Assembly (NCBI GenBank): GCA_963767765.1
Contig: CAVYEX010000006.1
Coordinates: 69,225 to 133,224 of the forward strand
Source: an uncultured Actinomycetota bacterium
GTDB lineage: Bacteria > Actinomycetota > Actinomycetes > Mycobacteriales > Mycobacteriaceae
Reading direction: 5' to 3'
DNA: 64,000 bases
Shown: positions 31,601 through 44,222 of the stretch, piece after piece
Layout of the letters: each line of letters begins with the position of its first letter
Numbering within the stretch: position 1 is the stretch's first letter
Made by a program: the position numbers and the translations under genes
Notes under the pieces: generated by a model
Databases searched by the model: none
What the model was told of the DNA's origin: nothing
The model's input: only the letters and a program-made list of their open reading frames with translations

Positions 31601-33520
31601 GCGGCCGTGCCAGATCGCCGTGACCGCCTCGGCGAATCGCCGCGCCATCGACTCGCGCTCCGGCCCGGGACGCACCAGCGTGATCGTGCGGTGTGGTGAG
31701 ATCTTGAACTGGTATATCCATATCGTCAGTCCATCGGGGCGCGCGACCGTGAACGGTCGCTCCTCGAGAACCACCACACCCATGGATTGCAGCATCGGCA
31801 GCAGCTGGCTCAGGGACGCGGTTCGTCCCCCCAAGTACCACACCAGCTGGGCAATTCCGTCGTCTTCCTCGTGGTCGGTGAGGACGAGTTTCACGGAATC
31901 GTCGTGCAAGTCCGCTATGACGGCGATGTCGTTGACCGCGTCGTAGGGGGTGACGAATTGTTTGTAGGCCGCGGAGAACGCCGCCGCGTAATGCTCGGCG
32001 GTGGTTTGGCTGACCGGACTTGATGCCGCCGCGCTGATCAGCCGGTCGCCCCAGGTTCGCGCGGCTTCGGTGAGCAGCGCCTGAATCCGGGCCCGGTTCG
32101 CCTCGGAGGTGTCGATACCCGGAAGGTCCGGGCCGTCGGGCAGTCGGACCATGAAATGCAGAAGCGCCCAAGGAGATTCGGTAACCCGCGCGGTGAACTC
32201 TAGGCGGGTCCCACCGAACTCGCGCACCAGGATGTCCTCGATCTCGAGCCGGACCGCGGTCGTGTAGCGGTCGCGAGGCAGATACACCAGGCAGGACACG
32301 AAGTGCTCCAGCGGGTCCGCGCGCAGGAACAGCAGCGTCCGCCGCCGCGACCCGAGATCCACGACGGCTTCGGCCAGCTGCAACAGCCGTTCGGCGCTCA
32401 GCGCGAAAAGCTCCGAGCGCGGGACGGTTTGGATGACCTCGAGCAGCAACTGGCCGGGGTGGCTGGGATCGCGGTCGGCCAAGTCCAGCGCGGTGCGGAC
32501 GCGACGGCCGATCAGCGGAATCTCGAGGACGTCGGCATTCATGGCCGCGACGGTGAACAGGCCGATGAAACGGTGCTCGACCACACCGGTGTCGGCGTTT
32601 TCCCGGACGACGACGATGTAGGGATACGCGCCGTATCGCAGATAGCTGGCAACCGGGGCCTGCACCAACATCAGCAGCTTGGTGTCGTCGGTCAACTCGC
32701 GGCGTGAATTCGTGCGGTCGCGCAGCACGCCCAGGCTGCGGGACTCGTCGACGCCGGCGATTCCGTTTTCCACCGGGCAGCGCTGATAGCCGAGCAGCAT
32801 GAAATTGCCGTTGGCCAGCCAGCACAACAGAGCCGCGACATCGTGGCGGTCGGGCCCGCGGAAATGGTCCGAACTGTTCGATTCAAGGTCCTGCACGAGC
32901 TCGCTGAGCGTCGCGATCATCTCGGCCGAGTCCGTGGCAACCCGGCAGACGTCGATCAGAACGCCGGGCAGCAGTCGTTCGGCCTCGGCGAGGGTGGCGG
33001 GGTCGACCGACGAGGACAACTGGATATGGATCCAGGTCTCCTCGAGGGTGTCGCTTTCTGCGACACCGGATTTCGGTTCGACGCTCGACAGGTCACCGGC
33101 CGGGTCGCGGTGTACGTCGAACACCGGATTCATGATCGCCTGATAACCTACGCCGAGCCGGTGCAGCAGCACCGTGACCGAGTCCATCAGCATGGCGCCG
33201 TGATCGGTGACGACCTGCAGCGCGGGACCGAAGCCGGCGGGGTCGTCGGCCTGGTAGAGCGCGACACGGCTTTCGCCGGCGGGCCGGTGGCGGGCCAGCC
33301 GGTAGTGAGCGCTGAGCAGGGCCGGCACCAGCAGCGTGCTGCTGTCAAAGTGAGCGACGTCGTCTTCGGCGGACGGTTCGTCGGCGGCGTGCTCGTCGGC
33401 GTGCGGACCGTGGTAGGTCTCGGTGTAGGCGGTCTTGATCCACTCGGGGATGTCTTCGGGTTGGGTGAATGTCGTCCAGTCGGCCGTTCCCCGGAGATTG
33501 GATCCCGGATCGACCGTCAT
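28658..33520 (-). CDS. gdh: Large NAD-specific glutamate dehydrogenase (about 180 kDa class)
   Basis: 1620-aa uninterrupted ORF. The N-terminus [32 protein letters not shown] resembles remembered Rv2476c (1624 aa), and the position is syntenic. Confidence 0.95.
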   Translation of the reverse strand: MTVDPGSNLRGTADWTTFTQPEDIPEWIKTAYTETYHGPHADEHAADEPSAEDDVAHFDSSTLLVPALLSAHYRLARHRPAGESRVALYQADDPAGFGPALQVVTDHGAMLMDSVTVLLHRLGVGYQAIMNPVFDVHRDPAGDLSSVEPKSGVAESDTLEETWIHIQLSSSVDPATLAEAERLLPGVLIDVCRVATDSAEMIATLSELVQDLESNSSDHFRGPDRHDVAALLCWLANGNFMLLGYQRCPVENGIAGVDESRSLGVLRDRTNSRRELTDDTKLLMLVQAPVASYLRYGAYPYIVVVRENADTGVVEHRFIGLFTVAAMNADVLEIPLIGRRVRTALDLADRDPSHPGQLLLEVIQTVPRSELFALSAERLLQLAEAVVDLGSRRRTLLFLRADPLEHFVSCLVYLPRDRYTTAVRLEIEDILVREFGGTRLEFTARVTESPWALLHFMVRLPDGPDLPGIDTSEANRARIQALLTEAARTWGDRLISAAASSPVSQTTAEHYAAAFSAAYKQFVTPYDAVNDIAVIADLHDDSVKLVLTDHEEDDGIAQLVWYLGGRTASLSQLLPMLQSMGVVVLEERPFTVARPDGLTIWIYQFKISPHRTITLVRPGPERESMARRFAEAVTAIWHGRVEVDRFNELVLRAGLTWQQVVILRSYAKYLRQAGFPYSQAHIESVINENPQTARSLVTLFEALFDPCPPGSAKSRDAQAAVTAVTADIDALVSLDTDRVLRAFASLIQATLRTNCFITRASSARHQDVLTLKLDAQLVDELPEPRPKFEIFVYSPRVEGVHLRFGHVARGGLRWSDRREDFRTEILGLVKAQAVKNAVIVPVGAKGGFVVKKPPVSTGETTVDRDAVRDEGIACYRLFISGLLDITDNVDHNTGEVVVPPEVVRRDGDDAYLVVAADKGTAAFSDIANGVAESYGFWLGDAFASGGSVGYDHKAMGITARGTWEAVKRHFREMGVDTQTEDFTVAGIGDMSGDVFGNGMLLSKHIRLMAAFDHRHIFLDPDPDAASSWEERRRLFELARSNWNDYDQSLISAGGGVYSREHKSIPISAEVRAALGIEEGTAEMTPPNLVRAILKAPVDLLYNGGIGTYIKGEAESDADVGDRANDPVRVNANQLRAKVIAEGGNLGVTALGRVEFDLCGGRINTDAMDNSAGVDCSDHEVNIKILIDSLVTAGKVEPRERTPLLESMTDEVAQLVLADNADQNDLLGTSRVNAPSLLPVHALLIRDLVAERGLSRELEALPSDKEIHRRTEAGMGLTSPELATLMAHVKLALKDELLATDLPDQDVFAGRLPQYFPSPLRNRFTPEIRIHQLRREIVTTMLVNDLVDTSGITYTYRISQDVGVKPVDAIRTYVATEAIFGVGELWRQIRAADVPVALSDRMTLDTRRLIDRAGRWLLNYRPQPLAVGAEVNRFARKVAALTPRMSDWLRGDDKAIVDKEASEFVAQGAAKDLGYTVAAGLYRFSLLDIIDIADIEDRDPAEVADTYFALMDRLGTDGLLTAVSKLPRDDRWHSLARLAIRDDIYASLRSLCFDVLAVGEPEESGEEKITEWEHTSASRVERARQTLTEIYESGQQDLATLSVAARQIRRMTRTSGRGSSG

Positions 33521-33569
33521 GCCGACTGCTCCTGACTCAGCACGCCCACCAGCGCTGGTAGGGCAGACA

Positions 33570-35246
<1,677 letters not shown>

Positions 35247-35310
35247 GCCGCGGATGTTGCCTTTCTGCTGTTGCGTTGCTCGACGCCCATCCTAGGTTGA
35301 CTGTCCGGTT

Positions 35311-35347
35311 CCTTCTCACGCCGCTACGCGGCGCGCATCGTCGCCGG
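35311..35347 (-). repeat. Degenerate MIRU-like fragment downstream of the SSB-like gene
   Basis: Minus-sense ccggcgacgatgcgcgccgcgtagcggcgtgagaagg resembles the 5' half of the MIRU-like elements (ccggcgacgatgcagagcg.agcgatgaggagg). It is a partial match only. Confidence 0.3.
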
Positions 35348-35366
35348 ACGGGCACGGCCCGATGTG

Positions 35367-35837
35367 CTAGGCCGACAGCGGCAGTGCGCTCCCGTCCTCG
35401 GACACGACGTCGGTGCTGTCGCCCGCCTCGCTTTCGGGCTCCACGTCCGGCGCCGAAGGTGTCGCGGCGTCAGCTCCGGCGGTGACCGTCTTCTCCACCC
35501 GTGCCAGGCACCGCGATAGATCCGGGCCGACCGCGGTGGCACGCATCTCCAGTGTCGATCGCCGGTTGCCGTCGCGGTCCTCGTATTCGCTGGTGTGGAT
35601 ATGACCCACGGCGATCACCGGCGATCCTTTGCCCAGCGACGCGCCCACGCCGGAGACCAACCGGCCCCAGCAGTTGACGGTGACGAAGAGCGAGTTCCCC
35701 GGCTCCCAGGTGCCATCGGCGCTACGGCGACGGGAGTTGCTCGCGACCCGGAACTTCATCAGTTCCTGACTGCCCACCGTTCGGCGTTGGGGATCGTTGA
35801 CAATATTTCCGACCACGGTGCACGACGTTTCGAACAT
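35367..35837 (-). CDS. Single-stranded DNA-binding (OB-fold) family protein, SSB paralogue (Rv2478c-like)
   Basis: MFETSCTVVGNIVNDPQRRTVGSQELMKFRVASNSRRRSADGTWEPGNSLFVTVNCWGRL is the typical SSB OB-fold pattern; acidic C-terminal region. Confidence 0.85.
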   Translation of the reverse strand: MFETSCTVVGNIVNDPQRRTVGSQELMKFRVASNSRRRSADGTWEPGNSLFVTVNCWGRLVSGVGASLGKGSPVIAVGHIHTSEYEDRDGNRRSTLEMRATAVGPDLSRCLARVEKTVTAGADAATPSAPDVEPESEAGDSTDVVSEDGSALPLSA

Positions 35838-36086
35838 TGCTGATATTCCTTCCGTTGTGGGTACTGATCCCTAGTCAGCCAGGCGCCGCCGACAACAACC
35901 GGCGCCGCCAGGCCGCTTGCGGTTCGGTTGTGCACGAAATCGGCACTGTGGATCCCGGCGCCGCACGCAGCACCACACCTGCTACCGGCGGTCGGGCGCG
36001 GGGTTGTCGCTCGAAGCTGGGCACAACAGTGGGTGCACCCGGGCGGTTACTGCCGTGGCGCCGGTGACCGCTGAGGCGGGAGGCTT

Positions 36087-38126
36087 CTAGCGCAAGCCCG
36101 ATGCGTCGCGTCGGGCCAGCTCAGCCAGCATCGCGTTGTAAGCGGTCAGGTCGGCGTCGTCGTCGCGGGCGGCGGCGCGGTCCAACCGCCGGGCGGTCCG
36201 CCGATCGCTGCGCGACCACTGCACCAGCAGGGCGATCATGACGATCACCAACGGAATTTCGCCGGCTGCCCACGCGATCGACCCGCCAAGTCGCTGATCA
36301 CCCAACAGGTCGGTGTGCCAACTGAGCTGCAGTGAGCGGTAGAAGGCGGACCCCAGTACAGTGGGCATCCCCATCAGCACCACCCCGAAGAAGGCGTGCA
36401 GCGGCAGCGACGCGAATACCACCGCCACCTTGGCGACCGGTGAAATCGGCCGCGGCGTGGGATCCACGCCGATCACCACCCAGTAGAACAAATAACCGCT
36501 GGCCAGGAAGTGGACGTTCATCGCCAGGTGCCCGGCGTGGCTGCCCACGACGGCGTCGAAAATGCCACCCAGATACAGGCCGTAGAAGCCGCTGACGAAC
36601 AGCGCCGTGGCCACGATCGGGTGGGTGAGCCCGCGCGACAACCGGCTGTGCAACCCGGCCAGCAGCCATTCCCGTAGACCCGGCGGATCGCCGCGCCCGG
36701 CGGCGGGCAGGGTACGCAACGCCAGCGTGACCGGACCCCCCAGCACCAGCAGGATCGGTACCAGCATGGACAACAGCATGTGGGCGATCATGTGCATGCT
36801 GAACATCGCCGGCATATACCGGCCGATGCCCGAGGACGTGGCAAACAACATGACCACACAGCCCAGCAGCCACGATACTGTCCGGCCCCATGGCCACGTG
36901 TCCCCGCGGCGGCGCAACCGCACCACCGCCGCCACATACAGCGCAGCAAAGACCAGCGCTGCCGTTCCGAAAACCAGATCGAAGCGCCAGTCGAAAAGCA
37001 CCCGCGTCAGTGTCGGCGGACCGGCGAAGTCGTAGCCGATTGCGAGCTGCGGAATACTGAGCCGAAGGATCGCTGGTGCCGGCGGCGGAGTCCGGGTCAA
37101 CCCCACCGCTATGCCGAAGGTCAGGCTGAAAATCGCCGTCTCGATCAGCCCCAGCCGGATCAGGGCGCCGCGAGCGTTCGGGTCGGCGCGCAGAGCGGCC
37201 AGCGCACCCCGGCGCTGCCGCCAGCCCACGACGCCGAGTAGGCAAAGGCCGATCACTTTGGCAACGACCAGTCGGCCGTAAGCCGTCGTCAACAGTTCGG
37301 CAGGCTGCAGACGCACCAACGTGTTCACGACGCCGCTGAGCACCATCGCGGCGAAGCACCACAGGGCGAGAGCCGAGAACCGCCGCGTCGCCAGGCCCAC
37401 ATACTCGCCGCCGCGCCGGGCGTAGATCAGTACCGCCAGCAGACCGCCGGCCCAGAGGCTGGCGGCGAACAAATGCATCAGCAGGCTGTTGGTGGCGAGG
37501 TCGTGGGATCCGCCGGCCGCGGAGTGGCCGGTGAGTCCCAGCGGGACGAGTGTCACCAGCGACGCGAGCAATAGCAGCGGTGTCCACGACCAGCGCAACA
37601 CCGGCAAACTCGCCAGCATCACCACCGCGGCCAGGAACGCAGTCCACCGCCAAGCGCCCGCGGTGTCGATCAGACTGGCCGCCGACCACAGCCTCACCGG
37701 ATCCAACTCTTCACCGACGGGGTGACCGGAGACGTCAGAGACGGTCAACGGCACCAGCAGCGCCGCGCACACCGCCCAGACCGCGGAGGCGCCGGCACCC
37801 ATCCGAACCGCCCGGTACCCCGCCGCGTCGAGCACCCCGGAGGCTTGCGGCGGCACGAGGAAGGTCGCGAACAGGTACGAGCCGACGGCCAGCACCGCTG
37901 CGACCTCGCCGACTGCCCGAAAGAACGGCAGTCCGAGCGTGGTCACCGGACCCGGATCAGGCAGCCCGGTGGCGGTCAGTGCGTCCGCCAGCGACAAAAT
38001 CGACAGTCCGGCGGCGGTACCACCGGCCAGCGCCGCCACACCGCACAGCAGCGGCCACACCAGCGGGTGCAGTCGGCTGGCGGCCGGGGCGGTGGTCATG
38101 TATTCAGGGTATGGCCGGCACGGCAA
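36087..38126 (-). CDS. Polytopic membrane protein: CopD-like copper resistance domain fused to a CtaG-type cytochrome c oxidase assembly domain
   Basis: 679 aa with about 16 hydrophobic segments. The C-terminal half (MHMIAHMLLSMLVPILLVLGGP...HAGHLAMNVHFLASGYLFYWVVIGVDP) looks like caa3-CtaG family; the N-terminal half looks CopD-like. Assigned by eye. The start may be ATG 38099. Confidence 0.6.
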   Translation of the reverse strand: MPCRPYPEYMTTAPAASRLHPLVWPLLCGVAALAGGTAAGLSILSLADALTATGLPDPGPVTTLGLPFFRAVGEVAAVLAVGSYLFATFLVPPQASGVLDAAGYRAVRMGAGASAVWAVCAALLVPLTVSDVSGHPVGEELDPVRLWSAASLIDTAGAWRWTAFLAAVVMLASLPVLRWSWTPLLLLASLVTLVPLGLTGHSAAGGSHDLATNSLLMHLFAASLWAGGLLAVLIYARRGGEYVGLATRRFSALALWCFAAMVLSGVVNTLVRLQPAELLTTAYGRLVVAKVIGLCLLGVVGWRQRRGALAALRADPNARGALIRLGLIETAIFSLTFGIAVGLTRTPPPAPAILRLSIPQLAIGYDFAGPPTLTRVLFDWRFDLVFGTAALVFAALYVAAVVRLRRRGDTWPWGRTVSWLLGCVVMLFATSSGIGRYMPAMFSMHMIAHMLLSMLVPILLVLGGPVTLALRTLPAAGRGDPPGLREWLLAGLHSRLSRGLTHPIVATALFVSGFYGLYLGGIFDAVVGSHAGHLAMNVHFLASGYLFYWVVIGVDPTPRPISPVAKVAVVFASLPLHAFFGVVLMGMPTVLGSAFYRSLQLSWHTDLLGDQRLGGSIAWAAGEIPLVIVMIALLVQWSRSDRRTARRLDRAAARDDDADLTAYNAMLAELARRDASGLR

Positions 38127-38146
38127 CCTGCATGCCGGCGCGGCGC

Positions 38147-40507
38147 CTATCGGTCAGCCGAGCTACCGGCCCGCCCTTGTCGGGCCTCGGTTTCCCGGGC
38201 CACGAACTTTTTTCGGGCGATCTGCGCGACATGATCGAAGTCGTGCAGGATGGCACGCAGCTCTTGCCGGAACGCGTTCCGCCGCTCGGCCAGGTCCGCG
38301 GACGGTTTCAACAGGTCCTGATCGGCAGCGACTTGGCGGGCGGTACCGAACAGCAGTGTGGACACCGGCTCGCTGCTGCTGACCCGTCCCTGCGCAACGA
38401 ATTGACGACCCACGTTCAGGGCGAGCTGCGTCAAGTCCTTGGCACCGATCTCTGCCGGCGCTTCGCGCAGCACATCGGCGACGATCTCGTAGGCCTCGAA
38501 GAAGACCCGCAGCATCGCATCCGATATCAACGGCTGCTTGGCGTACAGGATCGCGTCGATCTCGTCGCCGCCGGCGTTGACGTGCGCCTCCCAATCCTCG
38601 TGCCAGGCCATCTCATCGGCGATGTTGGTACGGAAGGCATTCGAGTCGGCGAAATAGAAGTCGAACTTGAGCAGGTCGCGCAGTCGCATCACTTGGCTCC
38701 AGAACGCGTCCAGCCGGTCACCGTCGGCATGACGGGCGTGCGCCAGCGCCAGCTCGACGATCGAGGTCTCCAGGAACGCATGGATCACCGAGTTGCGGTA
38801 GAACGCCGCGGCGTGTTCGTGCTCCGGTGCGATGCGCCACACCGGTTCCCGGCCGCCGTCGACGCGGGTGACCGGGTGCCCGTTGGACAGCGCGTCGACC
38901 GCCGAGCGGACGCCGTCGCGGCTGCGCAGCCGCAGCGCGCTGGTCGACATCGGGTTGTGTTTGCGTTCTAAGTAATCCAGCGAATCCTGCAGCGTGTGGT
39001 GTAGCTGGTCAAGGGTCAGCGCCACCCCGTGCGTCGTCAACAACAGCGCCGACACCAGCCCGTTGGCATTGACCGGGGTGGCCTGCAGGATCCGCCATGC
39101 CACTTCGAACGACATCTTCTGCAGCGCGAGGCGTTTGGCTGATTCGTCCTCGGTCAACGGACCGTGCGCGGTCCCGAGGTACTCACGCATCGACACTGCT
39201 TCGGGAAACCTGACGTAGATCTTGCCGTAGTTGCGTTCGCCCTGAGCCTTGATGTAATTGACCAGCCAGCTCAAACCTTCGGGCTTCTTCTCAGCGCCGC
39301 GGGCGTAGGCGGCGTATTCGGCTACCTCGTGCAGCTGGTCGAAACTGATGGACACCGGCTGTAACAAAATGTCTTCGCTGCGGCCGTCCAAGTAGGCATC
39401 GGCCACGTAGCTCATCAACCCGAGTTTCGGCGGCAACATCTTTCCGGTCCGCGACCGGGTGCCCTCGATCGACCAGCTCAAGCTGAACCGCTTCTGCACC
39501 AGGTAGCCGACATACTCCTTGAGCACGTACTTGTACTGCGCGTCGTCGCCGATGTTGCGCCGGATGAAGATCACGCCGGCGCGACGCATCACCGGACCCA
39601 TGAGTCCGAAAGCCATGTTGAGCCCGCCGAAGACGTGGGTCTTGGGCAGGCCGTTCTCCTGCAGCGCGACGGTAAGCACCGCGCTGTCGAGGTTCGACCG
39701 ATGCGACCACAGCATGACGGCCGGGTGCGCTTCCAGTGCCGAACGCATTGCAGCGACCTGGTAGTCGTCGTAGTCGATCGCCGGGTCGAACCCACGGATC
39801 AGCAACCGGCCGAGCGCGGCCTGCAGGTCAACCGAAACCCGGCTCCAGCCGGTGGCCATTTCGTCGAGTATCTCGCCGGCCGCTTCGACCGACGCCCCTG
39901 GGATTTCTTGCAGACCGGCACAGAATCGAGCCGACGCCAGCATCTCCGGTTTGACCAGCCGCGGTGATTTGTACTGCGGCCCGACCAGCCGGTAGGCGAC
40001 CCGTTCGACCGCAAGGATCGCCCGGCGAGAAACGAAATGAGCGAAATCGCGGGCATTTTCACCCGTCGTCGTGTCGCGCCACTGCTGGCGCAGCTCGGAC
40101 ACCTTGGCCGACTCGCCGGCAACCACTCGCGCGCGGCGAGGACTGTCGCGCAGAATGCGGCGTTGCTGGCGTTCGCTGGGGTGATACGGATCCCGGCCGG
40201 GCAACAAACCAGCCAGCCGGCTCAGTGTGCTCCCGCCCGGCGGCGGCAGCCAGAACACCTGCACCGGCAAAATCGAACGGTCCTCGTCGAGCTCCAACTG
40301 CTCGACCAGCCGGGCAAGATCGGCAGGCGGTTCGTCGCCCGCCGGTAGCCTCAGCACGTCGATCTTGGTCTCGGGATGCCGTGTTCGCTGCCGCTGCAAC
40401 CAGTCGGTGAGCAGCTCTTCTTCGGTGGACGAGGTCACCGATGCCAACACCAGCGTGTCGTCCGTTGTGGTGAGGTTGCCGGTGTCGGCGGCCGGTGTGG
40501 TGGTCAA
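38147..40507 (-). CDS. plsB: Glycerol-3-phosphate acyltransferase (PlsB-type)
   Basis: 786 aa with H(x)4D acyltransferase motif [11 protein letters not shown]. The N-terminus resembles remembered PlsB2 (Rv2482c). The TTG start overlaps the plsC TGA. Confidence 0.92.
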   Translation of the reverse strand: MTTTPAADTGNLTTTDDTLVLASVTSSTEEELLTDWLQRQRTRHPETKIDVLRLPAGDEPPADLARLVEQLELDEDRSILPVQVFWLPPPGGSTLSRLAGLLPGRDPYHPSERQQRRILRDSPRRARVVAGESAKVSELRQQWRDTTTGENARDFAHFVSRRAILAVERVAYRLVGPQYKSPRLVKPEMLASARFCAGLQEIPGASVEAAGEILDEMATGWSRVSVDLQAALGRLLIRGFDPAIDYDDYQVAAMRSALEAHPAVMLWSHRSNLDSAVLTVALQENGLPKTHVFGGLNMAFGLMGPVMRRAGVIFIRRNIGDDAQYKYVLKEYVGYLVQKRFSLSWSIEGTRSRTGKMLPPKLGLMSYVADAYLDGRSEDILLQPVSISFDQLHEVAEYAAYARGAEKKPEGLSWLVNYIKAQGERNYGKIYVRFPEAVSMREYLGTAHGPLTEDESAKRLALQKMSFEVAWRILQATPVNANGLVSALLLTTHGVALTLDQLHHTLQDSLDYLERKHNPMSTSALRLRSRDGVRSAVDALSNGHPVTRVDGGREPVWRIAPEHEHAAAFYRNSVIHAFLETSIVELALAHARHADGDRLDAFWSQVMRLRDLLKFDFYFADSNAFRTNIADEMAWHEDWEAHVNAGGDEIDAILYAKQPLISDAMLRVFFEAYEIVADVLREAPAEIGAKDLTQLALNVGRQFVAQGRVSSSEPVSTLLFGTARQVAADQDLLKPSADLAERRNAFRQELRAILHDFDHVAQIARKKFVARETEARQGRAGSSADR

Positions 40508-42120
40508 GGTCGTCCTTTCGGCCGAGCTTTTCGTGGTGTGCTGCTTGTCTGGCTTTTACGGGCCGGCTGCGCTTTGGTGGCTCGCCGAGCGGTCTTCTTC
40601 GGGGCGGCTTTCCTGCCGCGGGCGTAGACGTCTGCTTTCGGCAATTCGTCGACCGGCCAGTTGGCCAGTGTGTCCAGGTAGAGCTGCCGGACCTGTTCGA
40701 TGTGATCCGGCAGGCCGTCCACCGTCCAGTTGTCAACCGGGATGGGCGGAAAAACCGCGATGTCCACGGTGCCGGGATTGAGTGTGCTCGAATTGCGGGC
40801 GGCGATGACCTCGGCGTTGCGAATCACGATCGGCACGATCGGGACCTTGGCCGCCATCGCTATCCGGAACGGGCCCTTCTTGAACTGGCCGACCTGGGTG
40901 GTGTCCAATCGGGTGCCTTCGGGAGCGATCACGATCGACAACCCCTTTTTCGCACGCTCTTCCACCTCGTGCAGGGATTCGACGGCGGCGGCCGGGTCGT
41001 CGCGGTCGATGAACACCGCCTCGAGCAACTTGCCGAGGGTCCCCATGATCGGGTCGTTGAGCAATTCCTTCTTCCCCACCGCAACCCAGTTGTCGCGCAC
41101 CAGGGCGCTGACGATGACCGGGTCCGCCTGGTTGCGGTGATTGAAGATGAACACCGCCGGGCGTTGCGCGGTCAGGTTCTTCTCGCCCAGAACGTTGAGG
41201 TGCACACCGCCGGCTGCCAGCAGCAGCTGCGACCAGTTGGAGGTGAAGAAGTTGATCCCGCGGCGGCGGCTGCGGGTCAGCGCGCCCCAGCCGACTGCCA
41301 GCGAGGCGACCGGAATCACCGAGCTGAGGCCGGCCAGCGTCCGCAGTTGCCCCACGACACCGCCGCCACCACGGCTGGTGAACCTCAGGATCGGCCACCC
41401 GCGACGCCGGGCCACCGCGGCCATCTTGCCTTCCGGGTTCGTCGGTCGCGGGTTGCCGACCAGGTACATCAAGGCGACGTCCTCGTCGCCGTCGGCATAG
41501 AAGTAACTGTCTTTGAGGTCGATGTCGTGTTCGGCCGCGAACTTCTGCACCGCCGCGGCTTTTCCCGGTCCCCACAGAATCGGCCGCACCACGCCGCCGG
41601 TCAGGTTCCCGTCCTCGTCGGTTTCGAATCTGTTCGTCAGCGTGTTGGGTATTCCGAGGAAGCGGGCCACCGGCTCGACCTGAATGGTCAACGCCGAAGA
41701 GCTGAGGACGACAGTGTGGCCGCGGGCGAGATGTGCCCGCACCAACTGCCGCATTTCCGGGTAGATCCGGGACTCGATCTTCTGGGCAAACAGCCGCTCA
41801 CCGATTTCGTCCATGTCGCTCAGCGCCCGCCCCCGCAGCGCCGAGGACGCCTTGACGATGAGGTCTTCGAACTCGATGCGCCCGAGTTGGTGGTTCAGCC
41901 CGGCCTGAACCATGGTGATCAGCTCACCGACCCCGATGTCGCGTCGCCGCAGCCGTTCCTGGGTGAGGATGACCGCGGTGAAGCCGGCGACCAGCGTTCC
42001 GTCCAGGTCGAAGAAGGCGCCGATCTTGGGTCCGGGCGGACTGGCCTCAATTTCGGCGACCGAGCCCGGCAGCCGAAGGTCGCGAGCCGGTTTGGGCTTG
42101 CGTTCCTCCGCGGCGGTCAT
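40504..42120 (-). CDS. plsC: Bifunctional HAD-IB phosphatase / 1-acyl-sn-glycerol-3-phosphate acyltransferase (Rv2483c-like)
   Basis: FFDLDGTLV (HAD motif I), [11 protein letters not shown] (H(x)4D), basic Lys/Arg-rich tail. ATG 42120 overlaps the upstream gene's TGA (ATGA). Confidence 0.9.
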   Translation of the reverse strand: MTAAEERKPKPARDLRLPGSVAEIEASPPGPKIGAFFDLDGTLVAGFTAVILTQERLRRRDIGVGELITMVQAGLNHQLGRIEFEDLIVKASSALRGRALSDMDEIGERLFAQKIESRIYPEMRQLVRAHLARGHTVVLSSSALTIQVEPVARFLGIPNTLTNRFETDEDGNLTGGVVRPILWGPGKAAAVQKFAAEHDIDLKDSYFYADGDEDVALMYLVGNPRPTNPEGKMAAVARRRGWPILRFTSRGGGGVVGQLRTLAGLSSVIPVASLAVGWGALTRSRRRGINFFTSNWSQLLLAAGGVHLNVLGEKNLTAQRPAVFIFNHRNQADPVIVSALVRDNWVAVGKKELLNDPIMGTLGKLLEAVFIDRDDPAAAVESLHEVEERAKKGLSIVIAPEGTRLDTTQVGQFKKGPFRIAMAAKVPIVPIVIRNAEVIAARNSSTLNPGTVDIAVFPPIPVDNWTVDGLPDHIEQVRQLYLDTLANWPVDELPKADVYARGRKAAPKKTARRATKAQPARKSQTSSTPRKARPKGRP

Positions 42121-43592
42121 GAGCTCGCCACTGACTCGGCGCCGGGATCGGGCGTTTCGGCATCGAATGAGACGGGCGCGGAGCGCAGTTCCGGGTCGCC
42201 GGCGAGGGCAAGTATTTCGTCGAAGCCTTGCTGCAGACACCGGGCGAACAGTGCCTCGTGGCGGATCGCAGCCCGGTCGTAGCGCGCGGTGATCGTGGCG
42301 TACCCCGACCTGGACACCAGGACGACCATCATGGCCACGCCCGGCAGCGGCCCAAAACCATAGTGGCGCAGGATTTTGGCGCCGGCGATGAACGTGTCTC
42401 CCTGATACAGCGGCACATTGCTGGCTTGAACATCAGACGAGACGACCGAACCGGTCATCGTTTCCAGAACCGGCGTCGGTAACACACTGAGTACCGGTGC
42501 GATCGAACCGATCACGTCCATGGCGGGCTCGTCGCGGCGTTGGGTCATCTGCGCGCGAATCTTCTTCATGCGAGCCACCGGGTCGGCCGTACCGATCGGC
42601 GCCGCCAGGTTGACCCCGGCGAACCGGTTGCCGCCGGCGGGGTCGGCATCGGCGCGCAGGTTGACCGGAACGGCCATCGGCAAGGTGCTGGTGGGCACAC
42701 CGAGCGCATCGTGGTAGCGACCCAGCGCACCGCACAGGCCGGCCAGGTAGGCGTCGTTGATCGATCCGCCACCCGCTTTTGCCGCTCGATGCAGGTCGGA
42801 CAACCGAATCTCGAGTGCTTCTGTGCGGGTAGCCAGGCTGCGCCGCCGCAACAGCGGTGACGGTTCGGCGGCCTGGCTCATCACCCGCACCCCGGAACGG
42901 GCATAGTCCAGCACTCCCGACACCGCTGACCCGGGGTTGACAACCGCTCGACCGAGCGCCGACGCAGCACCCCACAGCGCACCCCGGACACCACCCACGA
43001 CGGCACCCGGAAGGTGATTGAGCCCCTCACGCATCAGATCGTTGCCGGACAGATCTTCTGGAACGGGCTGTGGCGCGGGCGCTTGCGCGGGCGGATCGCG
43101 CTCGAGGTCGTAGATGTTGGCGAACATTTCGACGCTGCCCACACCGTCGGTAACGGCATGGCTCAGATGCAACATCGTCGCCGCCTTGCCGTCGGCGAGG
43201 CCCTCGACCAGGGTGGCCGTCCACAGCGGGCGGGCAATGTCGAGCGGCGACTGCAGCATCACCTCGGCCAGATCGAACAGCTGCCGCAGCGTGCCGGGTT
43301 CGGGGACGCGCAGCCGTCGCACGTGGAAGTCGAGGTTGAAGTCGGGGTCGACCACCCAACGCGGCGCCGCAGTGGGCAGGGTCGGCACCACGACTTTCTG
43401 GCGCAGTCGCAATGCCCGTCGCGAGGCATTCTCGAAGCGGCCGCGGAACCGCTCCCAGTCCGGCACGCAGTCCAGCAGTTCCAGGCCCATGATGCCCGAG
43501 CGGGTGCGCGGGTTCGCTTCGCCGCGGTGCAGCAGGTAGTCGACCGGCCCCAACGCGGTCGGCAGTCCAGCGGCGTCGACCGAATCACTCAT
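42117..43592 (-). CDS. Wax ester synthase / diacylglycerol acyltransferase (WS/DGAT) family protein (Rv2484c-like)
   Basis: MLHLSHAVTDGVG (variant of HHxxxDG). ATG 43592 gives 491 aa, the length I remember for Rv2484c; longer starts at 43670 and 43730 are possible. Confidence 0.85.
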   Translation of the reverse strand: MSDSVDAAGLPTALGPVDYLLHRGEANPRTRSGIMGLELLDCVPDWERFRGRFENASRRALRLRQKVVVPTLPTAAPRWVVDPDFNLDFHVRRLRVPEPGTLRQLFDLAEVMLQSPLDIARPLWTATLVEGLADGKAATMLHLSHAVTDGVGSVEMFANIYDLERDPPAQAPAPQPVPEDLSGNDLMREGLNHLPGAVVGGVRGALWGAASALGRAVVNPGSAVSGVLDYARSGVRVMSQAAEPSPLLRRRSLATRTEALEIRLSDLHRAAKAGGGSINDAYLAGLCGALGRYHDALGVPTSTLPMAVPVNLRADADPAGGNRFAGVNLAAPIGTADPVARMKKIRAQMTQRRDEPAMDVIGSIAPVLSVLPTPVLETMTGSVVSSDVQASNVPLYQGDTFIAGAKILRHYGFGPLPGVAMMVVLVSRSGYATITARYDRAAIRHEALFARCLQQGFDEILALAGDPELRSAPVSFDAETPDPGAESVASS

Positions 43593-44067
43593 CGCGGCCG
43601 CCTCGGCGCCCGGTCCGAACCCGTCACCGCTGACCTGTTCACGAAAGCCTCCCGTTCTCGACGCGTCCATCTCCGGACGCCGGCGGCGACTGCAGCCCCA
43701 GTGCCAACACAACGCTAGTCCGGTTGGCACGGTCGTGAAAGGCGAATGTGCAGATCAAATCGGCGCCGGTTTCGAATAAGAATCATCATGGGAATCGCTG
43801 TGCGCCAATTGCATTGATCACGTGATTCGCGACGAAAAACCGGTAGAGCCGGCAAGTGCCGCCCGCTGAAGTAATTCGGCGGATAAGCGAACGCGGCGCC
43901 CCTGGGAAAAAACTCTGCCGAATTATCACCGCACTCATCCAGCACCGTCGGTGGCCGGCCAGTCCGGCCGCACGTTAGCCAATCGATTTGTCACACAGTC
44001 TAGTTGGCCCGGCATTGCGCGGCCGACCCGGTGCGCCGCAGGCGTTCGATAAACTGAGCTGCGCATC

Positions 44068-44141
44068 GCCCCCGTAGCTCAGCTGGATAGAGCACATGAC
44101 TTCTAATCTTGTGGTCGCAGGTTCGAGTCCTGCCGGGGGCA
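44068..44141 (+). tRNA. tRNA-Arg (anticodon UCU)
   Basis: gcccccgtagctcagctggatagagcacatgacttctaatcttgtggtcgcaggttcgagtcctgccgggggca. Anticodon loop cuUCUaa; acceptor stem gcccccg/cgggggc. Confidence 0.92.
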
Positions 44142-44222
44142 CGGAAACGGCGGCTGAGGCATTTGCAACCATCAAGGGCAATTAATTCGATGCCGCGGCC
44201 CGGTAAATCGCTGGAGGCATAG

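Noticed and set aside
40495-42282. 595-aa ORF antisense to plsC
   Set aside because: Same reasoning: low-complexity Arg/Gly/Asp-rich sequence opposite a gene with clear HAD and H(x)4D motifs.
43715-43945. 76-aa minus-strand ORF in the gap before tRNA-Arg
   Set aside because: No RBS, an odd composition (MLDECGDNSAEFF...RNRRRFDLHIRL) and no family resemblance. Treated as non-coding.
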